A DNA stretch of 39,194 nt from contig NC_068992.1 in NCBI RefSeq assembly GCF_001194135.2, forward strand, positions 59,330,297-59,369,490. The letters are read 5' to 3'. This document shows positions 1 to 10,248 of this stretch, in pieces. Below the pieces are notes generated by a model, which made no database searches, was not told the DNA's origin, and worked only from the letters and a program-made list of their open reading frames with translations. How positions within the stretch are numbered: the stretch's first letter is position 1; every line of letters starts with the position of its first letter. Both the position numbers and the translations under genes were made by a program. This DNA is from Octopus bimaculoides (taxonomy: Eukaryota).

Positions 1-80
1 AAAAGTGATTTGTCCGACTAAACCCTTCAAGGCCATGCCCTAACACGGTCACACTCCAATGACTGAAACAAGTAAAAGAG
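1..80 (+). mobile_element. 3' tail fragment of SINE family A
   Basis: Ends in aatgactgaaacaagtaaaagag, the same tail as the full copy at 11827-12240. Confidence 0.6.
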
Positions 81-383
81 ATATAAAAAAAAATAAAAAA
101 TAAAAATATCTCCATCTGAAGCTAGGTCTCACTTTTTCTCCCATCATGCTTCATTTATTCCAATGATGGCTCCATTTGTCTTTTTTATTACTTTCTCTGC
201 CAGATTTTGGTTTTATTTTGTACATTTTGGTTTTCATAAATCCATAAGCATTTTCAAATTGAAATTATTTCGAAATCTGAAATGGTTTATCAAAAAAGAA
301 TTGTAGGGAAAGGTGACTCAGTGCAAATACAGATTTTAATTTGATGAAAGTTAAATAAAAAAATCTGAAACTTTTGTAGATCT

Positions 384-715
384 AGGCACATGGCTCAGTG
401 GTTAGAGCATCAGTGGTTATACAATCATGAGATAATGAGTTCAATTTTGGGGCCAGGCTATGTGTTGTGTTCTTGAGCAAGACACTTTATTTCACATTGT
501 CCCAGTTCACTCAGCTGTAGAAATGAGTTGCAATGTCACTGGTGCCAAGCTGTATCAGTTTTTGCCTTTCTCTTAGATAACATCAGTGGTTTAGAGAGGA
601 GGGGCTAGTATGAATGGGCAACTGCTGGTCTTCCATAAACAAACTTGACTGTATTTATGCTTTGGAGGGGAACTTTCTGAGTGCAAATCCCATGGACATT
701 CATGACTGAAGGCGG
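384..715 (+). mobile_element. tRNA-derived SINE family B (CORE-like central domain)
   Basis: A-box-like TGGCTCAGTGG, decayed B box GAGTTCAATT, then gttgtgttcttgagcaagacactt...cactcagctgtagaaatgag. Homologous copy at 31178-31495. Confidence 0.75.
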
Positions 716-1363
716 GGGGGGGGGTCTTTATTTCCATATCTTATAATGGCTTCTGATAAACCCACCTATCTACTGAAAATTGTTATGAAATCTTCTTCCC
801 ACCTCAGCAAAACTATGTCCTGGAAGTGATGTTTCGTGCTTTCCACCCAAGTTATGTTATATCCACCACCCATCCTTAGCATTTTGCCCATCTCCCCACC
901 ACACCTCAAGCTCCTGCAGAGTACTCAACCATGTTCTCTCTCTCTCTCTGTACACACACACACACACACATATAAGTGAGTGGAGAAGTAAAAGAAGGGC
1001 ACTGAACCAATTTATTGGGAGTTACATGTATGGATCAAAACAGTTTGATTCAAATTAATTGGCACTCTTGAGTTTCAAGAGTGATGCTAGTCATTAGCCA
1101 TTTTGAATCTGAATGACAGAAGTTAATTGCTATTACCGTAAGGTGGGCTGCGATTGGTCAAGGAAGGTCATGTGGTGTCGTGGTTTGATGTTGGTATATG
1201 GGTAACAGTTAGTTGGAAAATACTGCATGGCGATGGGGAAATTGACCAAATTGAGGACAAGAAATAGAGCACATGGCAATTAGAAATCGGTCAGGTTATT
1301 GGAGGGGGGAGTATGAAAGGGTAGCATGTGCTCATAAAGTTTTGCATGCATGTTTATATCAAT

Positions 1364-1661
1364 GCAGGTGGCACGTAAAAAGCACCATTTTGAGCATGGC
1401 CGTTGCCAGTACCGCCTGACTGGCCTTCGAGCGGGTGACACGTAAAAGCACCCACTACACTCTCGGAGTGGTTGGCGTTAGGAAGGGCATCCAGCTGTAG
1501 AAACTCTGCCAAATCAAATTGGAGCCTGGTGTAGCCACCTGGTGTAGCCACCTGGTGTAGCCACCTGGTGTAGCCACCTGGTCCACCAGTCCTCAGTCAA
1601 ATCGTCCAACTCATGCTAGCATGTAAAGTGGACGTTAAACAATGATGATGATGATGATGAT
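1364..1661 (+). mobile_element. Non-autonomous element with RTE-type 3' tail ending in (GAT)n
   Basis: ggttggcgttaggaagggcatccagctgtagaaactctgcc...gtccaactcatgctagcatg...gacgttaaacaa(tga)n; near-identical to 25509-25657, 31600-31735 and 37716-38085. Confidence 0.8.
1525..1582 (+). repeat. 13-bp minisatellite (cctggtgtagcca) x4.5
   Basis: Four perfect units plus cctggt, read directly. Confidence 0.95.
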
Positions 1662-1816
1662 ATACATGCATATATAGGTAGAGGACGTCACCAACAGTGC
1701 AAATATCATGAAATATGTAAACAAACGAGGGAAAAATGAGTGAAATACATGAACAACAAGAAAGATTGGAAAACGGGACAAGTAAATGCAGAGAAAGGAC
1801 CCTTAATATATATATA

Positions 1817-2858
1817 TCATCATTTAACATCCGTTTTCCATGGTGGCATGGGTTGGACAGCTTAACAGCTGGGAACTGTCCAGACCCCAATTGTCTATTG
1901 TGGTATGGTTTCTTCACCTAGATGCCCTTCCTAACACCAACAACATAACAGAATATGCTGGGGAGGGGGGGGTGCATTTACACACCACTGGCTTGGGTGT
2001 TTTTTATGTGGCTCCAGCACCTAAAAGAACACACCTGTATAAGCGGAAGACAGTGATTTTCTTAGCTTGATGTGTCTTATCAAGTACAGCAAACCACCAC
2101 ATCTCCTAGTCCTTTTACATTTCTTCAGTGAGGCCCAACATCCGAAGATCCCTTCTCACCACATCATCCCACATCTTCCTGGGTCTACCTCTTCCACAAG
2201 TACCCTCCACAATTAGAGATCAGCACTTATTTATGCAGCTATCCTCATCTATATGCATGACATGACCAAACCATCACAGTCTTCTGTCTTGCACACAACA
2301 TCTGATGCCTCTTATATCCAGTTTTCCTCTTAAATCACTTACACATTGTCATGTGTGCACACTGACATTACCTATTCAGTGGAGCATGCTAGCTTCATTT
2401 CTTTCAAGCCTTCGCAAGTCCTCTGTAGTCAAAGCCCATGTTTCACTGCTATGTAACATAGCTGTATGTACACAGGCGTCACACAATCTGCCTTTCACTT
2501 TGAGGGAGAGGCCCTTAGTAAACCAACAAAGGTAGAAGCTCCCTGAACTTTTCCCAGCCTACCAGCCTGTTCTTATTCTAGCAACTACACTTTCAGAACT
2601 TCCTCTCTACTGCTACCTTGGTCTCCTAGGTAACAGAAGCTATCTACTACTTCTAATGATCCCCACCACACCTCCCAAGCATTTGAGGGAGTCTATTGTC
2701 TGCACATTTTTAGTGTTTATGGTACCTGCACATTTGCCACACAAGACTATGTTCACCTTTGACCTTCCTGCGATACCATTGTATCCAAAGCTTGCACTGG
2801 ATACAATGTATGGAGTTTCTACCAAAACCTTTCTTACATATCAAGTAGGGCCATCTCC
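1817..2858 (-). mobile_element. 5'-truncated, decayed RTE-clade LINE (ORF C-terminus plus 3' UTR)
   Basis: Manual minus-strand translation gives ICKKGFGRNSIHCIQCKLW, LEVVDSFCYLGD, MLHSSETWAL, RRL*WFGHVM and GRGRPRKMWDDVV, with stops and frameshifts. These motifs are typical of RTE/Expander reverse transcriptase ORFs. The 3' UTR ends in gtccaacccatgcc...aaacggatgttaaatgatga. Confidence 0.85.
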
Positions 2859-2859
2859 C

Positions 2860-3046
2860 AGATACACACATACACACACACAACGGACTTCTTTCAGTTT
2901 CCGTCCAACAAATCCACACACAAGATTTTGGTTAGCCCAAAGCTATAGTAGAGGACACTTGTCCGAGATGCCAAACAGTGGGACTGAACCCAGAACCATG
3001 TGGTTTGGAAGCCAACTTCTTACCACACAGCCACACCTATGCTTAT
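2860..3046 (-). mobile_element. SINE family A, 5' module
   Basis: Reverse complement has a tRNA-like head (ggctgtgtggtaagaagttggcttcc...ggttctgggttcagtccc) and CORE-like ggacaagtgtcctctactatagc. It truncates the RTE at a (CA)n linker. Confidence 0.8.
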
Positions 3047-3101
3047 ATTAATGTAATACACACACACACACACACGCACATGCACATATAGATATAACAT
3101 T

Positions 3102-3139
<38 letters not shown>

Positions 3140-3654
3140 TATAAAAAAACTTTCAAACAAAAATTAAAAGCAAAATATAATGAAAACAAAATAAAAAAAA
3201 CCTGCATTATAACCAAAAAGTCATGAAAATAACCACAGAAAAAAAAAATGCTATATGTTGTGAATTCAGAACCAGCATCGACCTATATTATATAAATTAC
3301 ATGATATTAATAACAAAGTGTTTCAGGATAAAACAAAGACATGATCAGACTTGATTTTCTTCTCTTGGAAAAATGTTCTTTGGTNNNNNNNNNNNNNNNN
3401 NNNNNNNNNNNNNNNNNNNNNNNNNNNNNNNNNNNNNNNNNNNNNNNNNNNNNNNNNNNNNNNNNNNNNNNNNNNNNNNNNNNNNNNNNNNNNNNNNNNN
3501 NNNNNNNNNNNNNNNNNNNNNNNNNNNNNNNNNNNNNNNNNNNNNNNNNNNNNNNNNNNNNNNNNNNNNNNNNNNNNNNNNNNNNNNNNNNNNNNNNNNN
3601 NNNNNNNNNNNNNNNNNNNNNNNNNNNNNNNNNNNNNNNNNNNNNNNNNNNNNN

Positions 3655-3696
<42 letters not shown>

Positions 3697-3930
3697 TATC
3701 TGTAGCTGTATATGTATATATATTTGTGTATATATATGTATATATACATGTGTATATACATTTATATATGTATCCATATATATACATATATGTGCATATA
3801 TATATATATATACGTGTGTGTATGTATACATATAGATATATACATACATATATATATATATGCATAAATATATACAAATACATGTGTGTGTATATATATA
3901 TATGTATATATGTACATATATATATGTACA

Positions 3931-3975
<45 letters not shown>

Positions 3976-3990
3976 GTGTGTGCATGTATA
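3655..3990. repeat. (TA)n/(TG)n/(CA)n compound microsatellite
   Basis: Directly visible; source of the YIYI pseudo-ORFs. Confidence 0.95.
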
Positions 3991-4412
3991 CACCTAGAAA
4001 CATGCTCTTACTGGTTTTGGTGAATAAGAGAGAAAGAGAGAGAGAAAAACATTCCTGCTCCCACTTTCAACATATTTTACAACACTTCAACACAGCTGGG
4101 TAATTTGGGTGCATAATATTATTAATATTATCATGAATTTGAGGACAAACATTTTCATACATATAACTATGTAAGACAGGATCGTTTTTCATATAGATCC
4201 TTCAGTTTCCAACTACTAAAGCCACTCGCAAGGCTTTGGCTGGCCTAGGGCTATAGTAGAAGACAACTGACCAAGGTGCCCAGAACCGTGTGGTGTGGGG
4301 AGCAAACTTCATACCACACAGCTGTATCGGTGCCTATAAGGCTCGTGCCTGCGTTAGCCAAGGGCCAAAACTCAGAGCAACTGCTTGGAAGACAACCATG
4401 CTAACAGTTACA

Positions 4413-4817
4413 TACTCTTTTACTTGTTTCAGTCATTTGACTGTGGCCATGCTGGAGCACCGCCTTTTAGTCAAGCTAATCGACCCCAGGACTTATTCTT
4501 TGTAAGCCTAGTACTTATTCTATCGGTCTCTTTAGCCGAACCGCTAAGTTACGGGGATGTAAACACACCAGCATCGGTTGTCAAGCGATGTTGGAGGGAC
4601 AAACACAGACACACAAATATATACACACACATACATATATATACATATATACGACGGGCTTCTTTCAGTTTCTGTCTACCAAATCAACTCACAAGGCTTT
4701 GGTCGGCCCAAGGCTATAGTAGAACACACTTGCCTAAGGTGCCACGCAATGGGACTGAACCCGGAACCATGTGGTTGGAAAGCAAGCTACTTACCACACA
4801 GCCACTCCTACGCCTAT
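4413..4817 (-). mobile_element. Full-length bipartite SINE family A
   Basis: Near-perfect reverse complement of 11827-12240: tRNA head, CORE-like segment, internal TA/TG microsatellite, 3' module and aagtaaaagagta tail. Confidence 0.9.
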
Positions 4818-5140
4818 AAGGTGAGAATTATTTCAAGTGCTTTAATACCTGTTGGACAGCCACATGGATCTAAATTTTTATGGCTATCTGAGTCAATATA
4901 GACTCAAAGAGATCCAGATAGCCATAGAGACCCAGCGGATCAATCCTGACTATATTGCCAATCCCTGGGTTAGAAGGACAAATCAATCCCAAGTAAGTTG
5001 GGACTCACCTTCATTCGTCCCTTTTTTGCGCCAAACCACCAAGTATACAGGATGTAAACAAACCAAGAGCAATTGTCAAGCAGTGATGGAGAGTGACAGA
5101 CACAAAAATACACACACACACACACATACCTGCACATGCG

Positions 5141-5172
<32 letters not shown>

Positions 5173-5240
5173 TTATTGATATCCTACGATTTTATAAACT
5201 TCAGGAATACATGAAATGATTCTTTTTTTTTTTTTGAGCA

Positions 5241-5456
5241 GTGGATCTTGAAGCAGATAAAGCTACAAATAATAGCATGTGGATACTGGACTAAAAGACC
5301 CTCTGAATAGAAAAAGTGAAAGGTATTTGTGTCATGTTTACAGGAAATGTGGGTTCCTGTCCTACAGGCAGCCTTTGACTTTTACTATCCAAAGGGTTGT
5401 TTTTTACCCAATATTTACACACTATTATTTGTAGCTTTATCTGCTTCAAGATCCAC
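5241..5456. mobile_element. Palindromic fold-back / MITE-like element
   Basis: Perfect 35-bp inverted repeat (5241-5275 / 5422-5456). Imperfect pairing continues inward to a central acaggaa-N7-ttcctgt hairpin. No clear TSD. Confidence 0.65.
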
Positions 5457-5479
5457 CGTTCGAAATACATTAAAACTAG

Positions 5480-5655
5480 TGTTCTGTCAGTTACAACAGC
5501 AAGGGTTTCAGTTGATCCAATCGATGGAACAGCCTGCTTGTGGAATTAAAGTGCAAGTGGCTGAGTATTCCACATGCACAAGTACCCTTAACGCAGTTCT
5601 CAGGGGACATTTAGTATGACAGAATTTGACAAGGTTGGCCTTTTGAAATAAAAGT
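5480..5655 (-). mobile_element. SINE family C, 3' fragment
   Basis: Homologous to 7880-8030 (ggaacagcctgct..gaaattaa.gtgcaagtggctgag). Confidence 0.7.
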
Positions 5656-5664
5656 ACTGCTCAG

Positions 5665-5810
5665 AGTGATTGGCATTAGGAAGGGCATCCAGCCATAGAA
5701 AACCACGCCAATTCAAACTTAAGTTTGGTGCAGCCTTCTAGCTTACCAGCCCTGGTCAAACTGTCCAACCCATGCCAGCATGGCCATCAGACATTAAATG
5801 ATGATGATAC
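5665..5810 (+). mobile_element. RTE-type tail fragment
   Basis: ggcattaggaagggcatccagc...ctgtccaacccatgccagcatgg...ttaaatgatgatgat. Confidence 0.7.
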
Positions 5811-6614
5811 AGATACAAAAGGCTTCCATAAAGTTTTTGTCAACCAAATTCATTCATATGTCATCGATTGGCCCAAGGTTATATTAGAAGACATTTGTTC
5901 AAGGTTCTGCATGGTGAGACCAAACCCAATGCCATTTGTGACTGCAAAAGCAAACTTTTTCACCACACTGCCCCATCTAGGTCTATTCAACCACACAGCC
6001 ATGTTAGGGCCTCAATGATTGCACCTTATGAGTCACTTATAATACAAATATAGGCAGGAAACATATGGTAGAAGTGAAATGTAATTTATTATATCAGTTT
6101 TAAACTCTGTTTGAAATAATAGATAGCAATTAATTTCAGAAATAAATATTTCATAGAAGAACAAAAAAAGAAGAAAAAAAAAAAGACACAAAAAATGGGA
6201 AAGAGAGGGAAAAAGAAATTACTGTTCTGCAGTAAATAATAGGTCAACAGTAAATGGAACATAAAATTATCCAATTGTTAAATATATAAAAATCTGAATA
6301 TTTAAAATAAATTACTTTCTGTTAAAAAAAACAAAAAACCTAAAACAAATTAAGAAAAGTAAGCTAAGAAAACAGTTGTTGAATATCAAATAAATAAAAA
6401 GAATTTATAATTTTAGCTGAAATGATTTATATTTTTGTGAAAGAAAAAGAATATTTCTTTATTTTTTTTTTGTTTTAGGTTTCATTTTTTGTTGAATGTT
6501 TTTCTACTTTTTACTGACCATCTGCTGAAAAGATGCAAATGAGGTTTGTCCAGAGTTTGTTTTTATTCAGTTTTCTTACCTTTAGAGATCTCTATTTTTT
6601 AATGATTAAACGTT

Positions 6615-6649
<35 letters not shown>

Positions 6650-6736
6650 ACGCATGCGTGTATAGCTAGTTAGATATTTATGCATGTATATATATATATA
6701 TGTATGTATGCATGTATGTATGTATGTATGTATGTG

Positions 6737-6784
<48 letters not shown>

Positions 6785-6978
6785 CGTATATATATATATA
6801 TACACATGTATATATATATATACACACACATGTATATATATATATATGTATGTGTATATATATATACATATATATATATACATACATATACACACATACG
6901 CCCATATATGCATACACATATATATAGATATAAATACACATGCATACATATAAACATATACATTTATATGCATATATT

Positions 6979-7023
<45 letters not shown>

Positions 7024-7040
7024 ATATATATATGTGTTTT
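6615..7040. repeat. (TG)n/(TA)n/(TATG)n compound microsatellite
   Basis: Directly visible. Confidence 0.95.
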
Positions 7041-7207
7041 ATTGAGTATATTTATGAACAAACTATAGCAGGCATAATGATCTCTCATAATGTGCACACA
7101 GCATGCACCAAATTTTAACTTTCTCATTTTCCTTCCAGATGCACCGGCAGAATTATCATAGTATATTCCAACCTGGCACAAGAATTGGAAGCATAAACCA
7201 CAACCAA

Positions 7208-7284
7208 GTCAGAGGTCAGCAGATTCTTTTAATGTGGCCGGGTCCTTCAGATTCAGTATTATGAAAAAGCTGCTGACCTCTGGT
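7208..7284. other. Stem-loop of pre-miRNA dimensions in unique sequence
   Basis: Perfect 13-bp arms cagaggtcagcag (7210-7222) / ctgctgacctctg (7270-7282), extendable by eye to about 27 bp with G:U pairs, mismatches and one bulge. Confidence 0.4.
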
Positions 7285-7849
7285 CATATGTACATACACA
7301 CACATGTATGCTCACATATGTACACACATGCACACATACATATATATACATATAACCCACACATGTACATTACACACATATGCATTATATACATATAAAC
7401 ATATAAATACACATATATACATATAAACACATACAAGGTTTTTTTTACTAATCAGCTTCAGTTTTATGTTGCCCAATATAATGTGGGATAACACTGGATC
7501 TCCTCAAACTCCCCATATCTGATCCCTTTTTTCTTTGCCATCACCCTTCTGAACTGTTAACCATCAATCACTCCCTTAGGCATGCAATTAACCAGGGACC
7601 ACACGTGAACTTGTATTCCCACTGAAAATTCGAACATGAGCTTGACGCCTCAACAGTGAAATGATGACTATCGGCATGGTGTCCGTGTTATCTGGTGTCT
7701 GTGGTCTTTGGCAATGGGGCCGGAAGTGAGTATCCGTTATAGCCTCAACTGCAGCCAACTGTTAGATGTGGTCAGTGTTCACAAATGGAGGTGGTGAACT
7801 TGGTGTTCAGATCTGGTCCGACCCACCCAGGTGAATATTGCACACATAC

Positions 7850-8236
7850 AAGTTGTTGGCACTCCGTCACTTACGACGTAGAGGGTTCCAGTTGATCTGA
7901 TCAACGGAACAGCCTGCTCGTGAAATTAACGTGCAAGTGGCTGAGCACTCCACAGACACGTGTACCCTTAACATAGTCCTCGGGGATATTCAGCGTGTCA
8001 CAGTGTGACAAGGCTGACCCTTTGAATTACAGACACAACAGAAACAGGAAGAAAGAGTGAGAGAAAGTTGTGGTGAAAGAGTACAGCAGGGTTCGCCACC
8101 ATCCCCTGCTGGAGCCTCGTGAAGCTTTTAGGTGTTTTCACTCAATAAACACTCACAACGCCCCATCTGGAAATCGAAACCGCGATCCTATGACTGCGAG
8201 TTTGCTGCCCTAACCACTGGGCCATTGCGCCTCCAC
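7850..8236 (-). mobile_element. Full-length tRNA-derived SINE family C
   Basis: Reverse complement starts gtggaggcgcaaTGGCCCAGTGGttagggc...GGTTTCGATTTCC (A and B boxes) and ends ggagtgccaacaac. Confidence 0.8.
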
Positions 8237-8551
8237 ACACAAACAAGTAAGTACTCCCTTACCTCAGTTACTCATGACCCACATCTGTTGCTCTCTACTT
8301 CCTTGCTCCCCCCACTCTCTCTCTCTCTTGACCAATCTCAGCAACTACCTACACACCACTTACTCAGATAGCAGTAAACACGGATAGAATATAGGGAGAT
8401 CCAGTGCCAACCCACATTACATGGGTGGCTTGGTACATTTCCTAAGAACAGTCCATCAAACTTCATACACAGCTTCCATTTACAGATTTTGGTTNNNNNN
8501 NNNNGAGCAAAAAAAAAAGAGAGAAGGAGAGATATACAAAGACATCCATAC

Positions 8552-8610
8552 CATTTGCATGTTGTTTCCTCCGTGTTCTATGTAATTCTTCAATCATCTG
8601 CCAACATGTC
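8552..8610 (-). CDS. Candidate internal coding exon, unknown protein (TCWQMIEELHRTRRKQHAN)
   Basis: Acceptor tttttttttttaattgcag, 59-nt exon, donor ATG|gtatgg. Only one frame is open (phase 2 in, phase 1 out). Peptide not recognised. Confidence 0.4.
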
Positions 8611-8689
8611 CTGCAATTAAAAAAAAAAATAGTGTCGTTAAGACATCACTATAAAAATCCAATTAATATTCGTTAATTGAAATTCATCA

Positions 8690-9335
8690 ATCATTTTCTT
8701 TTTCAGTTGGTAGAATCATTAGAGCATCAGACCAAATGCCCACTGGCATTTCTTCAAGCTCTTTATGTTGTTAGTTCAAATCATACCAACGTCAACATGC
8801 ATCTTCATCCTTTTAGGGCCAATAAAATAACACAATATACCAGCCAATTATTAGAGGTTGATGGTACCAGCTAATACCTTCCCTCAACACTGCTAGACTT
8901 GCATCTGAATTAGAAGCAACTATTATTATTATTATTATTATTCCACTGAGGTCAGCTTTGCCTTTTAGGGTTGATAAAATAAATACCAGTTGAGCAGAAG
9001 GGTTTGTGTAATCAACTAACCTCCTCTAAAATTTCAGGTCTTGTGCCCATAGTAGAAAGGATTATTATTATTAATATTATTATTATTATTATTATTACTA
9101 CTACTACTACTACTACTACTACTAAGACAGCAAGCTGGCAGAATCATTAACACACCGGATAAAATACTTAGCAGCAGTTTGTCTTTACATTCTGAGTTCA
9201 AATTCTCTGCTGAGGTCGACTTTGCCCTTCATCCTTTCGGGGTCAATAAATTAAGTACCAGTAAAACACTGGGATCGATGTAATCGACTAGTCCCCTCCC
9301 CCAAAATTCCAGGTCTTGTGCCTTTAGTAGAAAGG

Positions 9336-9365
<30 letters not shown>
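8690..9365 (+). mobile_element. Head-to-tail stack of SINE family D copies joined by (ATT)n/(ACT)n tails
   Basis: Three related units carry gactttgcc.ttcatcctttcggggtc.ataaattaagtaccagt and ...gtcttgtgcc...tagtagaaagg(att)n; best copy about 9122-9365. Confidence 0.8.
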
Positions 9366-9368
<3 letters not shown>

Positions 9369-9369
9369 T

Positions 9370-9874
9370 CAAGCAGGAAGGAAAGGCTGTGTTTATATGC
9401 CTAGTGGTCATAGCAAAAGAGGTTGTATGGTAAACAAGATTGAAGGGGCTGAAGACAAAAAAACTTTTCTCTTTGGCCAATCCCTGACCAACTTCTTCAA
9501 GTTTCATTTGAAAAAGAAAAATAAGAGCAGAGAGGGAAGTGTTGTCTTGTAGCCAGTTTGCAGAAAGGTGGATGAAAGTAGCAAGAAATGGTGAGAGTGA
9601 ACAAGCCTGCCCTGAGCATACACCTGTAGTTGGAAAAAAGGAAAGAAAGAAAAAAACCATGGGTACCCCAAAAGTCAGGGTACCCATGGTTTTTATAGGG
9701 TTTTTCTATGAACAGCCCTCGAACAACTCCTCCCTATTGATTTTTTTTTTAATGTTAGTCTTGTTTACATGCAAAACCCTCACAACAAAACACTCACACA
9801 CACATATTCTTTATTCTGTCCTGTACTGTCCATAATGTTTTTCTTAATGTAAACCCCTGTTATTAATAAAGAAA

Positions 9875-9910
<36 letters not shown>
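9370..9910 (+). mobile_element. Probable 3' end of an L1/Tx1-like LINE (ORF2 C-terminus, 3' UTR, (ATT)n tail)
   Basis: Frameshifted peptide AVFICLVVIAKEVVW*TRLKGLK..FGQSLTNFFKFHLK..IRAEREVLSCSQFAERWMKVAR, then AATAAA at about 9865 and (ATT)n. Clade assignment rests on remembered resemblance only. Confidence 0.5.
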
Positions 9911-9914
<4 letters not shown>

Positions 9915-9922
<8 letters not shown>

Positions 9923-10115
9923 TTCATCTGCTGCTACGTTCTGTGTTCGAATTCCACCGAGCCCGACTTTGTCTTTCATCCTTTCAGGGTCGATAAATTA
10001 AGTACCAGTTGTGTACTGAGGGCAATGTAATTGACTTGTCCCCTCCCCCAAATTTCAGGCCTTGTGCCTATAATAGAAAGGATTATCATTATTATTATTA
10101 TTATTATTATCATTA
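9915..10115 (+). mobile_element. SINE family D
   Basis: gactttgtctttcatcctttcagggtcgataaattaagtaccagt...ccttgtgcctataatagaaagg(att)n. Confidence 0.8.
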
Positions 10116-10213
10116 TTATTGGTGGTGGTGGTGGTGGTGGTGGTGGTGGTAGTNNNNNNNNNNTATTATTATTATTATTATTATCATTATTATTGGTGGT
10201 GGTGGTGGTGGTG

Positions 10214-10248
<35 letters not shown>

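Noticed and set aside
384-460. tRNA genes at SINE heads (also 8160-8236, 11827-11900, 31178-31250)
   Set aside because: A/B boxes are present but there is no closed cloverleaf and the sequence continues into SINE bodies.
2777-2808. 11-bp perfect inverted repeat cattgtatcca/tggatacaatg
   Set aside because: Lies in RTE coding sequence; short enough to be chance or a local conversion event.
3307-4103. Long [12 protein letters not shown] ORFs here and at 6670-7045, 13197-13811, 16556-17390, 19445-20356, 29055-29630, 32369-33112, 34165-35308 and 37382-39139
   Set aside because: Translations of dinucleotide microsatellites and N-gaps, not genes.
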